From: Balanoglossus misakiensis
Lineage: Eukaryota; Animalia; Hemichordata
Assembly: GCA_040954595.2 (NCBI GenBank)
Contig: CM082576.2
Span: 186,001-250,000, forward strand
Length of the DNA: 64,000 nucleotides
Reading direction: 5' to 3'
Part shown: in pieces, positions 12,437 through 23,881 of the stretch
How the letters are laid out: every line of letters begins with the position of its first letter
How positions within the stretch are numbered: the first letter of the stretch is position 1
Position numbers and translations under genes: made by a program
Notes under the pieces: generated by a model
What the model was told of the DNA's origin: nothing
Databases searched by the model: none
Seen by the model: only the letters and a program-made list of their open reading frames with translations

Positions 12437-14300
12437 GGAAAAACAGACAAAAATATTTAATTAGTCAACATTTCTAGTAATACAATCCTTGTTTGGTAAT
12501 TGTTGACCTATGATTGATACTTTCCCACATGTTGATCATGAATTCAGCGAAGTTCCGCCATGCGTGTCTCCTGCCTCAGCCAGAACTGATTGCCATTTTC
12601 GTCGAATTCACATTTGACATGGGCGTGAAATGATACCCAATCAGGAAGCGGTATATGCTAGCTCATCGGGGTGACAAATTTACTTCCGTCAAAATTACAA
12701 TGCGTTGACAAAAAACTATGCCGTGTGCATTGTCTCTCACTTCATTGTAACCTACCCATATTATTTTTTGTACAGACAAAAAACAGGTTTAACAGGTCGT
12801 TGATATCCTATGTGCGTCCTTTGCATACGGAGTCTTTGATTTCGAACAGAGTATAAGAATGGATTAGTTTGGCCCAAGTGATGTTCGTGCACAGTACAAT
12901 GACTTCTTTTCTCGTCTATTCTTGTGCAGCGCAGCGAGTATTTTAATTATCCCCGTTTTCATCGCTCCTTTACCGCTAAGGTTGAACCGCTTTCATGGAA
13001 TGTGGGTCGACATGTGGAGACACAGACACCGAAATTGGGTCTGAAGAACTGGATATCTGGGTATAATAGGGAGGTTTAACATCTTGATACCTGGGCTGAT
13101 CCGCCCAGATCTCTTATAAGTCCTCGCATTGAGATCATACTTCGGTGATATTAAAGTCAGCAGCGGGTGTGTTTGAACATACAGTAGATGAAGATATCAC
13201 CTCCGAGCTGAGACAATTATTGTCTGGAATTCCGCTGTCGACTCGAAGAGTTAAGGAGAGTCGTAGGCAGTCACGACGGACTGCCAGGCTCGCACATAAC
13301 GGGCGGAACAAAGAAAGTGACTCAACTCGCTCTATGAATTGCTTTGGATTTATTACTCTTCTTTAATTCAGAGGTGAAGGGTCGCACAGTAAATTCTTAA
13401 TGCTATAATTGACGTGGAAAAATGGGAAACTGCGCACGTAGCAACAGACGAGGTCCCTTTCAGTTGACCAGGACACCAAAGCGCTGCTATGACAAACAGC
13501 TCAGTACACCAGAGAATGAGACAATTAGCATAACATCGCCGTAACATCTCGTAATGTTTTACGAGCCTAAGGGACGGTTTTGGCTTTTTAAAGAATTTCT
13601 TTGCCGTATGATCAACAACCAAACCTCCGTCCCATATACATAAAACAAAACTGACTGATATCGACAACACATATTTGAACATATTTAAAAACAGCATGTA
13701 GATGGTTCATGTTATAGCTTTATGACCTGGTTATACTCGGAAAAACATGAGTATATTATTAAATGTATCCAATGACGATAAAAATTCATATTCTGGGGGA
13801 AAATGTAGTTTTTTTCTATCGCAAGTCGCGCATCTGAATTTTACACCTACGCGTGCATTAATTATTGATCACTGACGGATTTCCTAAACGACGTGTTTTT
13901 CCAGAGAATGGCGTTCCTTTATTGAAGGAAAGTTACACCTTCGATCAAACATTTACATTCTGATGCCCTGGTATATTTGTTGTCTGCTGACGAGTATGTA
14001 ACGTCTGGGCGTGTTCAACTTGTCCGCGCTCTATTTCTCTGTTTGTCCTGATTACAGAGGCCTTTGCAATGTCTTTATAGAGGGACCATGCGTGGTGCCT
14101 CTCTTTCAGCTGCCGTTTCTTTCAGCCGCGGACTTTCGAACAAATATACAAAGTACAGAGGCCGAATAGTCACAAAATACTCAAAGAGAAAATCTACCTC
14201 CGGTCATCTACAATGAAAACGTCGGCACAATACGAAAAAAGGGTTTTAAAAATTCGGTCCTTTTTATCCCCGTGGTGTCATTAATGTTCATATATTCAAT

Positions 14301-14417
14301 TGCGCATGCTGCAATGGATGCTGGTTATTCACGTGGAAGGTGATGACGTCATGGAGTCTTTGTCGGAGTCCCTCTGAGGTTATTATAAGAATAGCGTCCA
14401 GTGGGTAATTGACAGTT
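14301..14417 (+). promoter_or_regulatory. Putative TATA/Inr promoter with CRE and E-box upstream of the 14785 ORF
   Basis: TGCGCATGC (NRF1-like) 14301; CACGTG 14330-14335; palindromic ATGACGTCAT 14343-14352; TATAAGA 14384; Inr-like CAGTT with its A at 14414, 30 nt after the TATA start. Confidence 0.6.
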
Positions 14418-14784
14418 ACGGCACAGACACTCAGTTCACCAGCAAGCAACTACTCAGAACAAGCAATCGACTTTGCAGTCAAATTGTGTCAGTCAGTTTG
14501 TGTACACTGGTATACACTAGCCCCGAAAGAATCCACTTGACGCCCAGCGTACTGCAGTAGTTACCACCTTCAGTTTGAACATCGACCCAAGTCGCGTGAG
14601 TGACGTTTGCCTGTTTCACAACAAGCCATCGTCCGTGAGCCTCGCACTCATTTGGTGTAGCGCAGCTAAGTGGGTCGACAGCGTGACCAATGTAGTCGAA
14701 GATCGTCACTCGGCAACCCCATTCCGTCCAGAATTCCGTCCGGCAACCACAGTAAGGCGGACCCATCGCCTCAGAACGACCAAT

Positions 14785-15927
14785 ATGGTTCTTGACGTTA
14801 TTATGGTGGATAAAACGCCGTCGTCAAAGCCGCGAATTTCGCTAAACTTCACACCGCAGGTGTGCAAGTGTTCAGATGGAGAGCAAAGCGGCTGTTCAAC
14901 GGATGCCTCTGTTTCAACAACACCCAAGCGACGGCAGCCACCGGAGTACAAACACCAAGAAGCGATATTACCACAGGCAAGGAACAAAACCAACACAGCG
15001 GTTCAACCGAACAGTGCCAGATACAGTAATGTAATCAACAGGGTAAGAAAACACAGCAACTCGGCGACTGACGTACGCGCACAAACGTCAACTGCTACGT
15101 CCAGAAAACTGCCCGAGCTCTCCAAGATCAGCACAAAAAGCCGGGGGAATGTCGAACTGCCAGTGATAACCCCAAGGCGTAAAATTAGCGGCGCGACAAG
15201 CCATCCCAGCCTGCGGTCGCCAGTGTCGAATACACCGACACTAACGCAAATGCGATCGACGTCTTGTCCTTCTTTCGCGGCAACCCGAGAGGGCCGAGAC
15301 CGGATCGCCTCGCGGCAACGCAAGACCCGGTCGCTAAGCTTGGAACCCAGTCACTTGGTGACCGCTGGACAGTCTCCAATAAAAAAAGATTCGTGTTTTA
15401 ACAACAACAACATCGACGAAGTGCCAAACATAGCAGAGACTGAGCAGGAACAGAATTTCCCTGATATAGCCGAAACTATCGAGGAGTCGACCGAACCCGC
15501 CGCGGAAAAGGAACATAAATATCCCTCGGTGGTACAGGGCCCACCGATGCATGTGATGTCAAGGACTCGGCAAAAACTTTACAAAGCAGCTCACAGTGCC
15601 AACCCAGCTCTATTCAAGTACGATTGGCGTACAGGCGACGAAAAACTCTTCGACAGCTATCAGGATTTATTTACCACAGAGGGGAGGAAATACCTCAACG
15701 TCAGCGATATTTCGCCAGACATTGCCGACCAAGTGCTTGCACAGCAAGATACAGACGACGGCAGCAGCTCAAACCCCAAAGATAAATGTTCGAAATGGCT
15801 GCAGAGTTTACCTTTCTTCGGAACCGAATACGGTGTCAACTACAGCGTCGAAGCGGGCTTCGACGACTCTTCGGAACAATCGGTTTGCACTAACGACACC
15901 GGGACCGATACAGGTGACGACAGGTAA
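14785..15927 (+). CDS. Uncharacterised 380-aa Ser/Thr/Pro/Arg-rich, largely disordered protein; intronless; possibly PRR18-like
   Basis: Long open frame, more GC-rich than its flanks. First in-frame ATG at 14785 in strong Kozak context (AATATGG); the ORF-track start at 14575 is TTG. AATAAA near 16226 and 17230. Motifs RISLNFTP, RSTSCP, LPEL, LPVI and KCSKWL. Confidence 0.8.
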   Translation: MVLDVIMVDKTPSSKPRISLNFTPQVCKCSDGEQSGCSTDASVSTTPKRRQPPEYKHQEAILPQARNKTNTAVQPNSARYSNVINRVRKHSNSATDVRAQTSTATSRKLPELSKISTKSRGNVELPVITPRRKISGATSHPSLRSPVSNTPTLTQMRSTSCPSFAATREGRDRIASRQRKTRSLSLEPSHLVTAGQSPIKKDSCFNNNNIDEVPNIAETEQEQNFPDIAETIEESTEPAAEKEHKYPSVVQGPPMHVMSRTRQKLYKAAHSANPALFKYDWRTGDEKLFDSYQDLFTTEGRKYLNVSDISPDIADQVLAQQDTDDGSSSNPKDKCSKWLQSLPFFGTEYGVNYSVEAGFDDSSEQSVCTNDTGTDTGDDR

Positions 15928-18900
15928 AATTTGCAGTTGATCGTTGTAATCTGGTTTTTATCACAACGCTCTTATCGTCCAGGAATGTTTGGCCAAAATA
16001 GTTCACCCAGCTACAGCTGAACTCGGACCTCTTTAAAATGTTGCTGTATAGGCCTACAATATGCATGATCCGAACCGACATGCCCGGATTCGCGCTCATT
16101 TAACCTCTCGACGTTGACATTTGACGATGTCACCTGCATCGGATGGATTAGGTAAAAGCGAGCCGCCATACTTGACAACCATCAGCTCTATTTTCCTGAC
16201 ACCTGCGGGAAACGTCTCATTTCGAAATAAAACGGTCGGCTAGATTTGACTGGAATTGTTAGGATATTCACGACATCTTTTAAGATATTTACGACAACGA
16301 CTTCGTTTCCGTGGACGGAAATAATCAAAGAAAATCTTGATTTAAAGATATTATATATATATATTGAAATATTTGCCTTATATGAAAGCTCTATTTACCA
16401 AGACGTTTCAGTTAATCTTATTTACAGCACACATTGTATTGATATACAGTGCAGACACCTGTTGACTTGACGACGCAAGATTGTTGAACTCAGCGGCTAT
16501 ATACTTTGTCACGACCAGAAATCCAACTCGACATATGAAATGTGCGATGCCGACATCTTCATCGAACAGAAATGTGACAGTAGAGGTGGACTGTACTCCC
16601 CTCTGTTCCGTGAGAAACAATAATAGTCTTGCTGTGTGTAGACTGAGAAATTTTGCAGTGTGTATATCATGAAACGAATCGATTTTAAATTGTATTTATT
16701 ATAATTTAACGACAGCTCTTTAATGTATATTTCATAGCTATTGCAATTCTTGTGTATATTTTATGCCCTTTTTAAAGAACCACGCTTTCCGAAGAAAGGT
16801 GTAAATTATTTATGTTTTCAGAAATGTGAACGAGCAGTGTCCGTTAGGCCTGACTTGGCCTTTCTTTCTTTTCTGTTATGGTTATAGAGACGGCAAAAAA
16901 GCTCGGGTAATTTCAGAGCTGACACCCTACACCTCATTGTGCAAATTGGACTCCCATGGAATTACATGGCCCGAAGAAGTTCCGAGCAACTCTATAGGGC
17001 AAACCACAGTAAACATTTCACCCTCCCGTTATGCGATCGATTGTAAACAACCTTGTGGCCACAAAAGGAGTAATCAGCCGGATTCTTTAGGAACCGAGGG
17101 GTTTAAATTCTGAAGGGAAGCACGACGATATCTGTTATTTCCCCTATTTAACTTTTCACACTGTTTACACACAAAAAAGACCGAGCCATTCCAAGACTTC
17201 ATGTGATAAAGTACATTCCAAACACGGGGAATAAAAATAATCAGTGAAAATACTCTAATCGTGTCAAGTGCGTTATTTGAAACAACTTGCGATGACATTA
17301 TCATTTCAACTCTTGGTTTATCTACTCCTCATTCTGCATTCCTGTCTGTGTGTGTCACTCCCCCGGATCCCCCGGAGCGCTGTCAAAGGACCCTGCATAA
17401 AATCATAAATATTGCTGAATAGTTTCGAAGACAGCGGATGGCTCAGAGGCACACGGGTCGACTTTTTGTACCTTTTGTGTTTGGTGAATAGTATGTACAT
17501 TCATCTGGTGTATATTGTGTCGCCGTTGCATTGTAAACTTTGCTATGCGCATTGACAAAGCTACTGCTTTCTCTGCTATTTTGTCACAATCAATCAGAGC
17601 ATATAGCCTCATTTCTATTAAATTACGCACCAGTGAAAACATTTGAGAAAATTGATCTTATACTCCCTAGAAAGATATATCTGCGACCGTAATAATTAAA
17701 GCGCGAAAATGTCAGAAAAATGCGGGTTTTCGTATTTGAAATTGACCTACTTTGTTTTTAAAGTATATTTATTTCTGCTTTGAGATTTATTGATCGCAGT
17801 CAACACACTCACCGAAAGAAACCAAGTATAAGCCAATGCATAAGCATGAAGCGGACACGCCCATGACACGTCCTGAAAGCATCACTACTGCGCAAATGCA
17901 AAGAGACATCGTAATGCACTGAATGACATTTCTCTTATTTTGCTGACCATATATGCTATGGAAATATGTTACACACAGGGGTAATAGATATAGATGGCAC
18001 CAAAGTAGACCACAGCGAGTCCGTGCGTATGTTAATAAACGGTTCGTTCGAGTTTACAATTTTGTTGTCGCCGCGGGGCATTGTCGTAAACACGGAGCGA
18101 TTGCATCTTCTTTCACTTTCACGTTGAAATCGAGAAACATTTACGAAGGCCTTTGTCAAGTAATCATACCGCTACACCTGCCTTCGGCGCTACCGGGCAG
18201 TCAAAGCAAAGGTTGTGGTCAATGAGTAGGTTTGTCCAATGATTCGCAACTGCAAGCTGTCAAATTTTCATTTTGCAACGTATTTTCAAAATTTGCAGAT
18301 CTCAAGTGAAAAACACGTTTAAGGTTGGATATTAAGCCTTTATTTTTGCAGAAAATTATCACCAGTAAGTTGTGTTGCACTCTTGTGGGAATAGAAGTCG
18401 ACAAGTTCAGGGCCAGATTGTTGATCACGTGTATAATTTCAAATGGAAGCTAAGATTGGTGGCCAAGAGATTTTGTGGCATCGATACTGACACCATGAAC
18501 TGTATCAACAAGCTCAAACACATCTATCTTCATGAATACTACGATATTTTCGTGGTGGGTGGATTGTTAAACGATTATGGCTACACGTCACCCACCCAGG
18601 GATGTTGTCGCGAAACGTTATCGTAAGTTTCGTCCGCCAGCTTGTTTTGGGGAATTTTCTGGGTCGTTGTCCCGCACGTTCGGACCCTGATCAAAATAGA
18701 CTGCGAAATGTAGCGACACGATTTGAGAAGCTTAATGATTTTGACGTACAAGTTAACTCGGTCTTGATTTCTTTCGCTGCCTAGCCAACTTTGTTTTGCC
18801 TTGTGTAATGGATCATCATTCAAAAATCAAACAATAACATCCGTATTTTTTTTTACTTAACTCTATGGTTTCAAGCTTTTGCTGTTTTGTCCATCTGTCT

Positions 18901-19447
18901 GCAACATCACTTAGTGAAATGATAGTGTCCTGTTTCTTTTATTCTGGTATTTTGTATAATGAAACAGCCAATACAGGTTCTAAGTAAGACGAAAAAAATC
19001 ATTCCCGAAGTCAAAACTTTCACCAAAGACAACTGAATGCAAAGCAGAATGTCAAAGGGTCGAAGGTTACGCAAAAACCACTCACTTGACACTTTTTACT
19101 GATTACTGGATTACCAGCATCTCATTATTATAAGATTTCCCTTAAATGATAACGAATTTATATTATGTCAATCTATGCGGCTTACTACAATGTATCATGT
19201 AAACTATAAAAATATGTTAATGAAATCTTCGTCGCTTGGTTTGCACGCTATGTATACTAGTAACTAGTACATGTACATCAACCCGAACGAAATTACCGAC
19301 CCCATCATTACCATAACTTAATTTTTTTTCTTTCACCGAGTCAACTCCATTAATTCAACTTCGAATGATTTGTTTAATGATTGAGTGCTATTCGGGGAAA
19401 TAGCAAAACTAATTGAGAGAATTGCTGATCGAGGTAACAATGTCCCT

Positions 19448-19657
19448 GTAACCTTGGCAACGCGTTGGTAATTTCCCCATTAACTATTCACTAGGAAGAC
19501 TTGCCTACAAAAATTCTTGTTTCGTTCTGTATGGCAGCAGCCCCAACAAAAGCGCGTCAGAACAAAACGCGCCACAAATCGATTCTCCGAGATGGAAAAT
19601 TGGTTCTAATAAGGCCACGGTTCTGAGGAAAATTGTGTTACGTCGCATAGCAACCAA
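19448..19657. promoter_or_regulatory. Two RFX X-box-like sites, one overlapping CCAAT
   Basis: GTAACCTTGGCAAC 19448-19461; GTCGCATAGCAAC 19642-19654 running into CCAAT. No linked gene identified. Confidence 0.35.
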
Positions 19658-22600
19658 TCGAAAGTTGTTACAGAATTCTCTTGAGAGCACATTTTCATTT
19701 TCGCTTTGATTGCTTGCATGGTTGCTGATACTAGTGATAGTTATAATTCGACACACACATACATAATTTAAATAATATAATTCGACATATTTTTTGTTTG
19801 ATTAAACCCATTGCATGTGCATCATACGAAACATTTTTTTCAACATATATTTATTTTCTACAGAAAACCCTCGCTTTATTGTTCTCTATAGCCAACAAAA
19901 GTCGAGTTCGTCTAACGGTTAAAATTAATTATGCAAATGGACATCATCTATTCCGTCAAGGTGTTAATTGACGAAAAGAGTCAAGGCATTACAAGAAAAG
20001 TGATGACAAATGCTAACAATAAAAGCGATTGGCAGATGTAACTAATAAATGAATCATGTGGTGTCATACTCACATTGTGAGTATTTTGTTTTAAATGAAT
20101 CATGAATTGTCGCCAGCCTTTGTCATCAAAACTTGCATTGTACTTTTAAAATTGAATTTTACTATAAAGAGGGCAAGGGCGAATGAAGGTCACACTCAAA
20201 CAAAGAAATTCAATATACCACCGTCTGCGGTCCTATAATGAACACTCATAATCTCACAGCTCACAGCAGTCGCTCAATAACATTTCAAAACACTCCATCG
20301 CTTCACAATAAACTGCCGAGGGACTCGGCCGTCGCCATGACGGCGCGTACCGGTGACCTCATGGATCAAATTCACACGGACTTGTCATCTGCCCTTGATT
20401 GACCATGCGAGTTGAAGTCTACTGTGGGCCATATGAAAGGGGTTTATATACCTGTTTAAATTATATTTGGTTTTTAATTAACTGGGGTATTTGCCAATGT
20501 GTTGATCGTATAATTAATTGGAATGGGAAACGATACCGGGCTTTTATTTTATCCATTTGCATGTGTATCCCTTTTTATTTGACTTTTGAAATTAATCTGA
20601 AAATATTAGTCGATTCCGAGAAATGCATTTTGTATCTTGTGAACTTGTTAGTTAGTATCTTCGTGATTGCCTGTTGTCTTATCAGATTTATTTTAAGGTA
20701 GGCCTATTCCCATTTCAGGCAACACACGTGTTCCGACGAGTGGTGAGTCACCTTTTGAAAGCTGTTTTAGTCCCACTTCGCTTAAATAAATGGAAAGACA
20801 TGGAAAACCTATGTAAAGGTCATGGAAGTATTGTCACGGGCCATGTTTTGATTAGACTTGTATCTCCGCTCTCAGATGTTTTGTTTAATTTCTACTTTAA
20901 CGACATTGACGGATTCCTGAATAGCGACAGTTTCTTGACCCGGCCGTCGGCAGCGTTCTCCCAGCATGCACTTGTTCGGCAAAGGTTCCAGCAAACAGAT
21001 TTTGGGGAAAAATGCATTCAAGCTATAAACTATGTAAATGCATTTTGAGGATCGTTTATTGCATTGAAATATTCAAGATTTGACAACAACGCCTGTATTC
21101 AGACTCGTAGACACTCCAGGCTACACATTTGTGCACACCCAAAACAACGTGTGAGTCCATTGGCACATCACCAATATTTGGTGGGCCGATTCTGAACAAA
21201 GAAAACAAGGGATTCAAGTAAAGTATTTAAAATTATTATTTGAGCAAAACCCTAGTAAATTAGTTGTCAGATTGCTTCGACCTCAACGGTAAACACAGTT
21301 ATTGATTGAATAAAGATATCTAGCTGAATGCGATATAGCTATCGGGCTAATGAATGGCGGGTTTATTGGTAGGTTTAATTTTGTAGGTTAGAGATTTGAG
21401 GTCAAGATAGCATATATGCAAGGTAAGGTATGTTTGGCGCGGTCGATGTCACAAATAACCTAGCTGATCTAGTTAGATTTGCTGCATCGGTCGTCATTGT
21501 GACTGGATTACTTTGTACCTTTTTGTGCATACATGCATTCGACAAATACAAAATACCAGGAATGAGTCAATACGGAGTTAACTCCTATGGCAACCGGCGC
21601 TTGTGAAGCACGGATTTACGCAATCATTCATGTTTTAGTTGATTTTACACCAGAGAGTTGTACAATTCTAGTTTGACATTGAAAAATATTATTTAGAAGT
21701 GAAATCAAAGATCTGCTACATCTGTTCGCTCGTGTTTTTTTGGCCAGTGCCATTCTTGAAAAGATTACTGTTTCGATAAAAAAACACAAAGGCCCACAAA
21801 GAGTACATTTAAAAAGTAAACAAGAAGGCGACGACCTTGGGTGTGAAAGTGTGGCCTTCACCGTGACGGTGACAAAACGTACTGCACATTTTTTTGAAAA
21901 TATCGCCCAAATATGCACTTCACCCCAGTGACCTCTCTTAGACCTTGTCACCGACATATGTCAGGTGACTGATCGAAGAATGAAACTTCAAACAAATAAT
22001 GAAAACCAAGTTGAATTTATTTTGTGGATAAGACCTGTCAACGTGTTAGTTTTCCTCCGTTTTCAAAATAAAAACTTGTATTACTGACAATAGTGTTTTT
22101 ATCTCATCCGAACACTGAAACACAAAACAAGCCAATAAAACGATGCTGTGTTGACCGAGATTAGATCTGATAAGTTATTAAAGTCAATGCCATAGGTTCC
22201 CTCAGTTCACATTAGTATTCCATTCCGAGTAGAAGTGTCATATTTATTACAGATGATTTATGTCCATTTTTCTGAATAATAACCATAAATGGAGATTTTA
22301 TCTGCACTGTTAATTCAAACCATCCGGTAATGCATCATGATATTGTGGACCCAGATCGTAATTCTTAAAACATTCTGCGCAGCCCCTCAGACAATCTGAG
22401 CATATCTGTATTCTTGTTCCCACATGATTGGCTGGTGAAAAAACGTACTCCTGCTGAAGTGTCCTGAAATAAATTGTAATATCAGTGCTGGGGAGTGATT
22501 GTGAGGTGGTGTGACACTGCCCACGGATATTCCATACTCCCAGTAATTGTTAACTACTGGGACCTGAAATCGCAATTGACCGAATAAACACAAATTGAGG

Positions 22601-23716
22601 TAACGTTCTCAATTCAAACCGAAAGGTGACCTTTCGGTCTTTGCAGATTCAAGAATATGTTAAATTGTCGTTTTCAATTTACCCTACTAATAAACCCATT
22701 AACGGGTTGCATTGTAAGGAGGCTTGTTCAGGCCACGCTTTCTATTTCTTTAAACTCGTAAGTTTTCCTTTATTACGTATTTTGCGTTATTTCTTGCTGG
22801 AATCATTTTAACCTTGTTTCTATTTTTATAGAGTCGATGTTTAGTTTTCTTCATTTTAATTCGCTTTTGGGAAATTTCTTTTATTTGGTTGGTTATTCAT
22901 CAATAAATTGGATTGTAGTGATTACTTATTTTTTAATTTGTATTTCAATAGACTAGGAATAGCAGGCTGGTTCTTTCCATGTATTTGATATTAACGTTCA
23001 TTTTCCTGAGCGCCATAAAAGTGGCCAGCACACTTTGTTGGGTTTTGCGGAAGCAAATGTCTTTCTGATGAGCAACTTAATCAGTGCGAATGGGGCTAGG
23101 TGGTTACCATTGCGTAGAACAGCCATCTATGCAGTGAGGATATACAGTTGAACCACGTAGTTCTTGTTGCTCGTGATCCTACATCAACAAGGCGCTTTAG
23201 CCAATGAACTACCGGCCGGCACCATGCAAATTCAACCAGTCATAGGTTCATTTGCTCTTTCCGCCATCGCGCATATTGAATTCTGCACATGGTCTTCAAT
23301 CGGCCATAGTCTCTCCACACAGGTAACCATTCTACGTGTCGGCAGCGAATACAAAATCTAGCGTTTGCTTAAAACCAATATTTTATACTCTGCAAAGCCG
23401 TATTAGCGAAATGAAATGCTGAACGTACAGGTATTTCAAAATGTTGGATACAAAAATACCGCGTTCCATTTCGTGAGACTGGTCGTCTGATATGAAGGCA
23501 GTAAACAAAAGGGCGGCAGTACAAAGATGGGATGCTTTATGCTTCCAGATCCGGGAGGGGTTCCCATATCAAATGGAAGGTCAAAAGTGACGCATTGGTT
23601 ATTGAGAATGTTTAAAAGAATACAAATGTAGTTCAACAAATAAAGAGATTCAAATTCTGTTCGCACACTTTGTCAAATGTTTTTTTCAAGAAAGCTGGCA
23701 TTTGTTCAGGCGTAGT

Positions 23717-23881
23717 CTATGGCGCGTAATCAAGGCCAAACTTAACACGTCACATTTTGAGTGAGACACATTCGATTCTTGGCTTTTGTCGGATTTGAGG
23801 CCCCAAAATCGAATGCGTCTCACTGAAAACCTGACGTGTTAATGTTGGCCTTGATTCCGCCGCGCCATATATAGTAATTAC
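23717..23881. mobile_element. About 165-bp palindromic (hairpin) MITE-like element flanked by a 9-10-bp direct repeat
   Basis: Imperfect inverted arms at ~23718-23783 and ~23803-23869 (TATGGCGCG..AATCAAGGCCAA..TTAACACGTCA..AGTGAGAC..CATTCGATT versus their complements). CAGGCGTAGT at 23707-23716 and 23882-23891. Confidence 0.75.

Noticed and set aside
14575-14784. 70-aa N-terminal extension of the second ORF
   Set aside because: It depends on a TTG start; the first in-frame ATG in good context is 14785.
21628-21957. CTLCG..FIET..SRM resembling a decayed Penelope GIY-YIG endonuclease
   Set aside because: Key residues are missing and I recognise no RT nearby. A translated HMM search would be needed.
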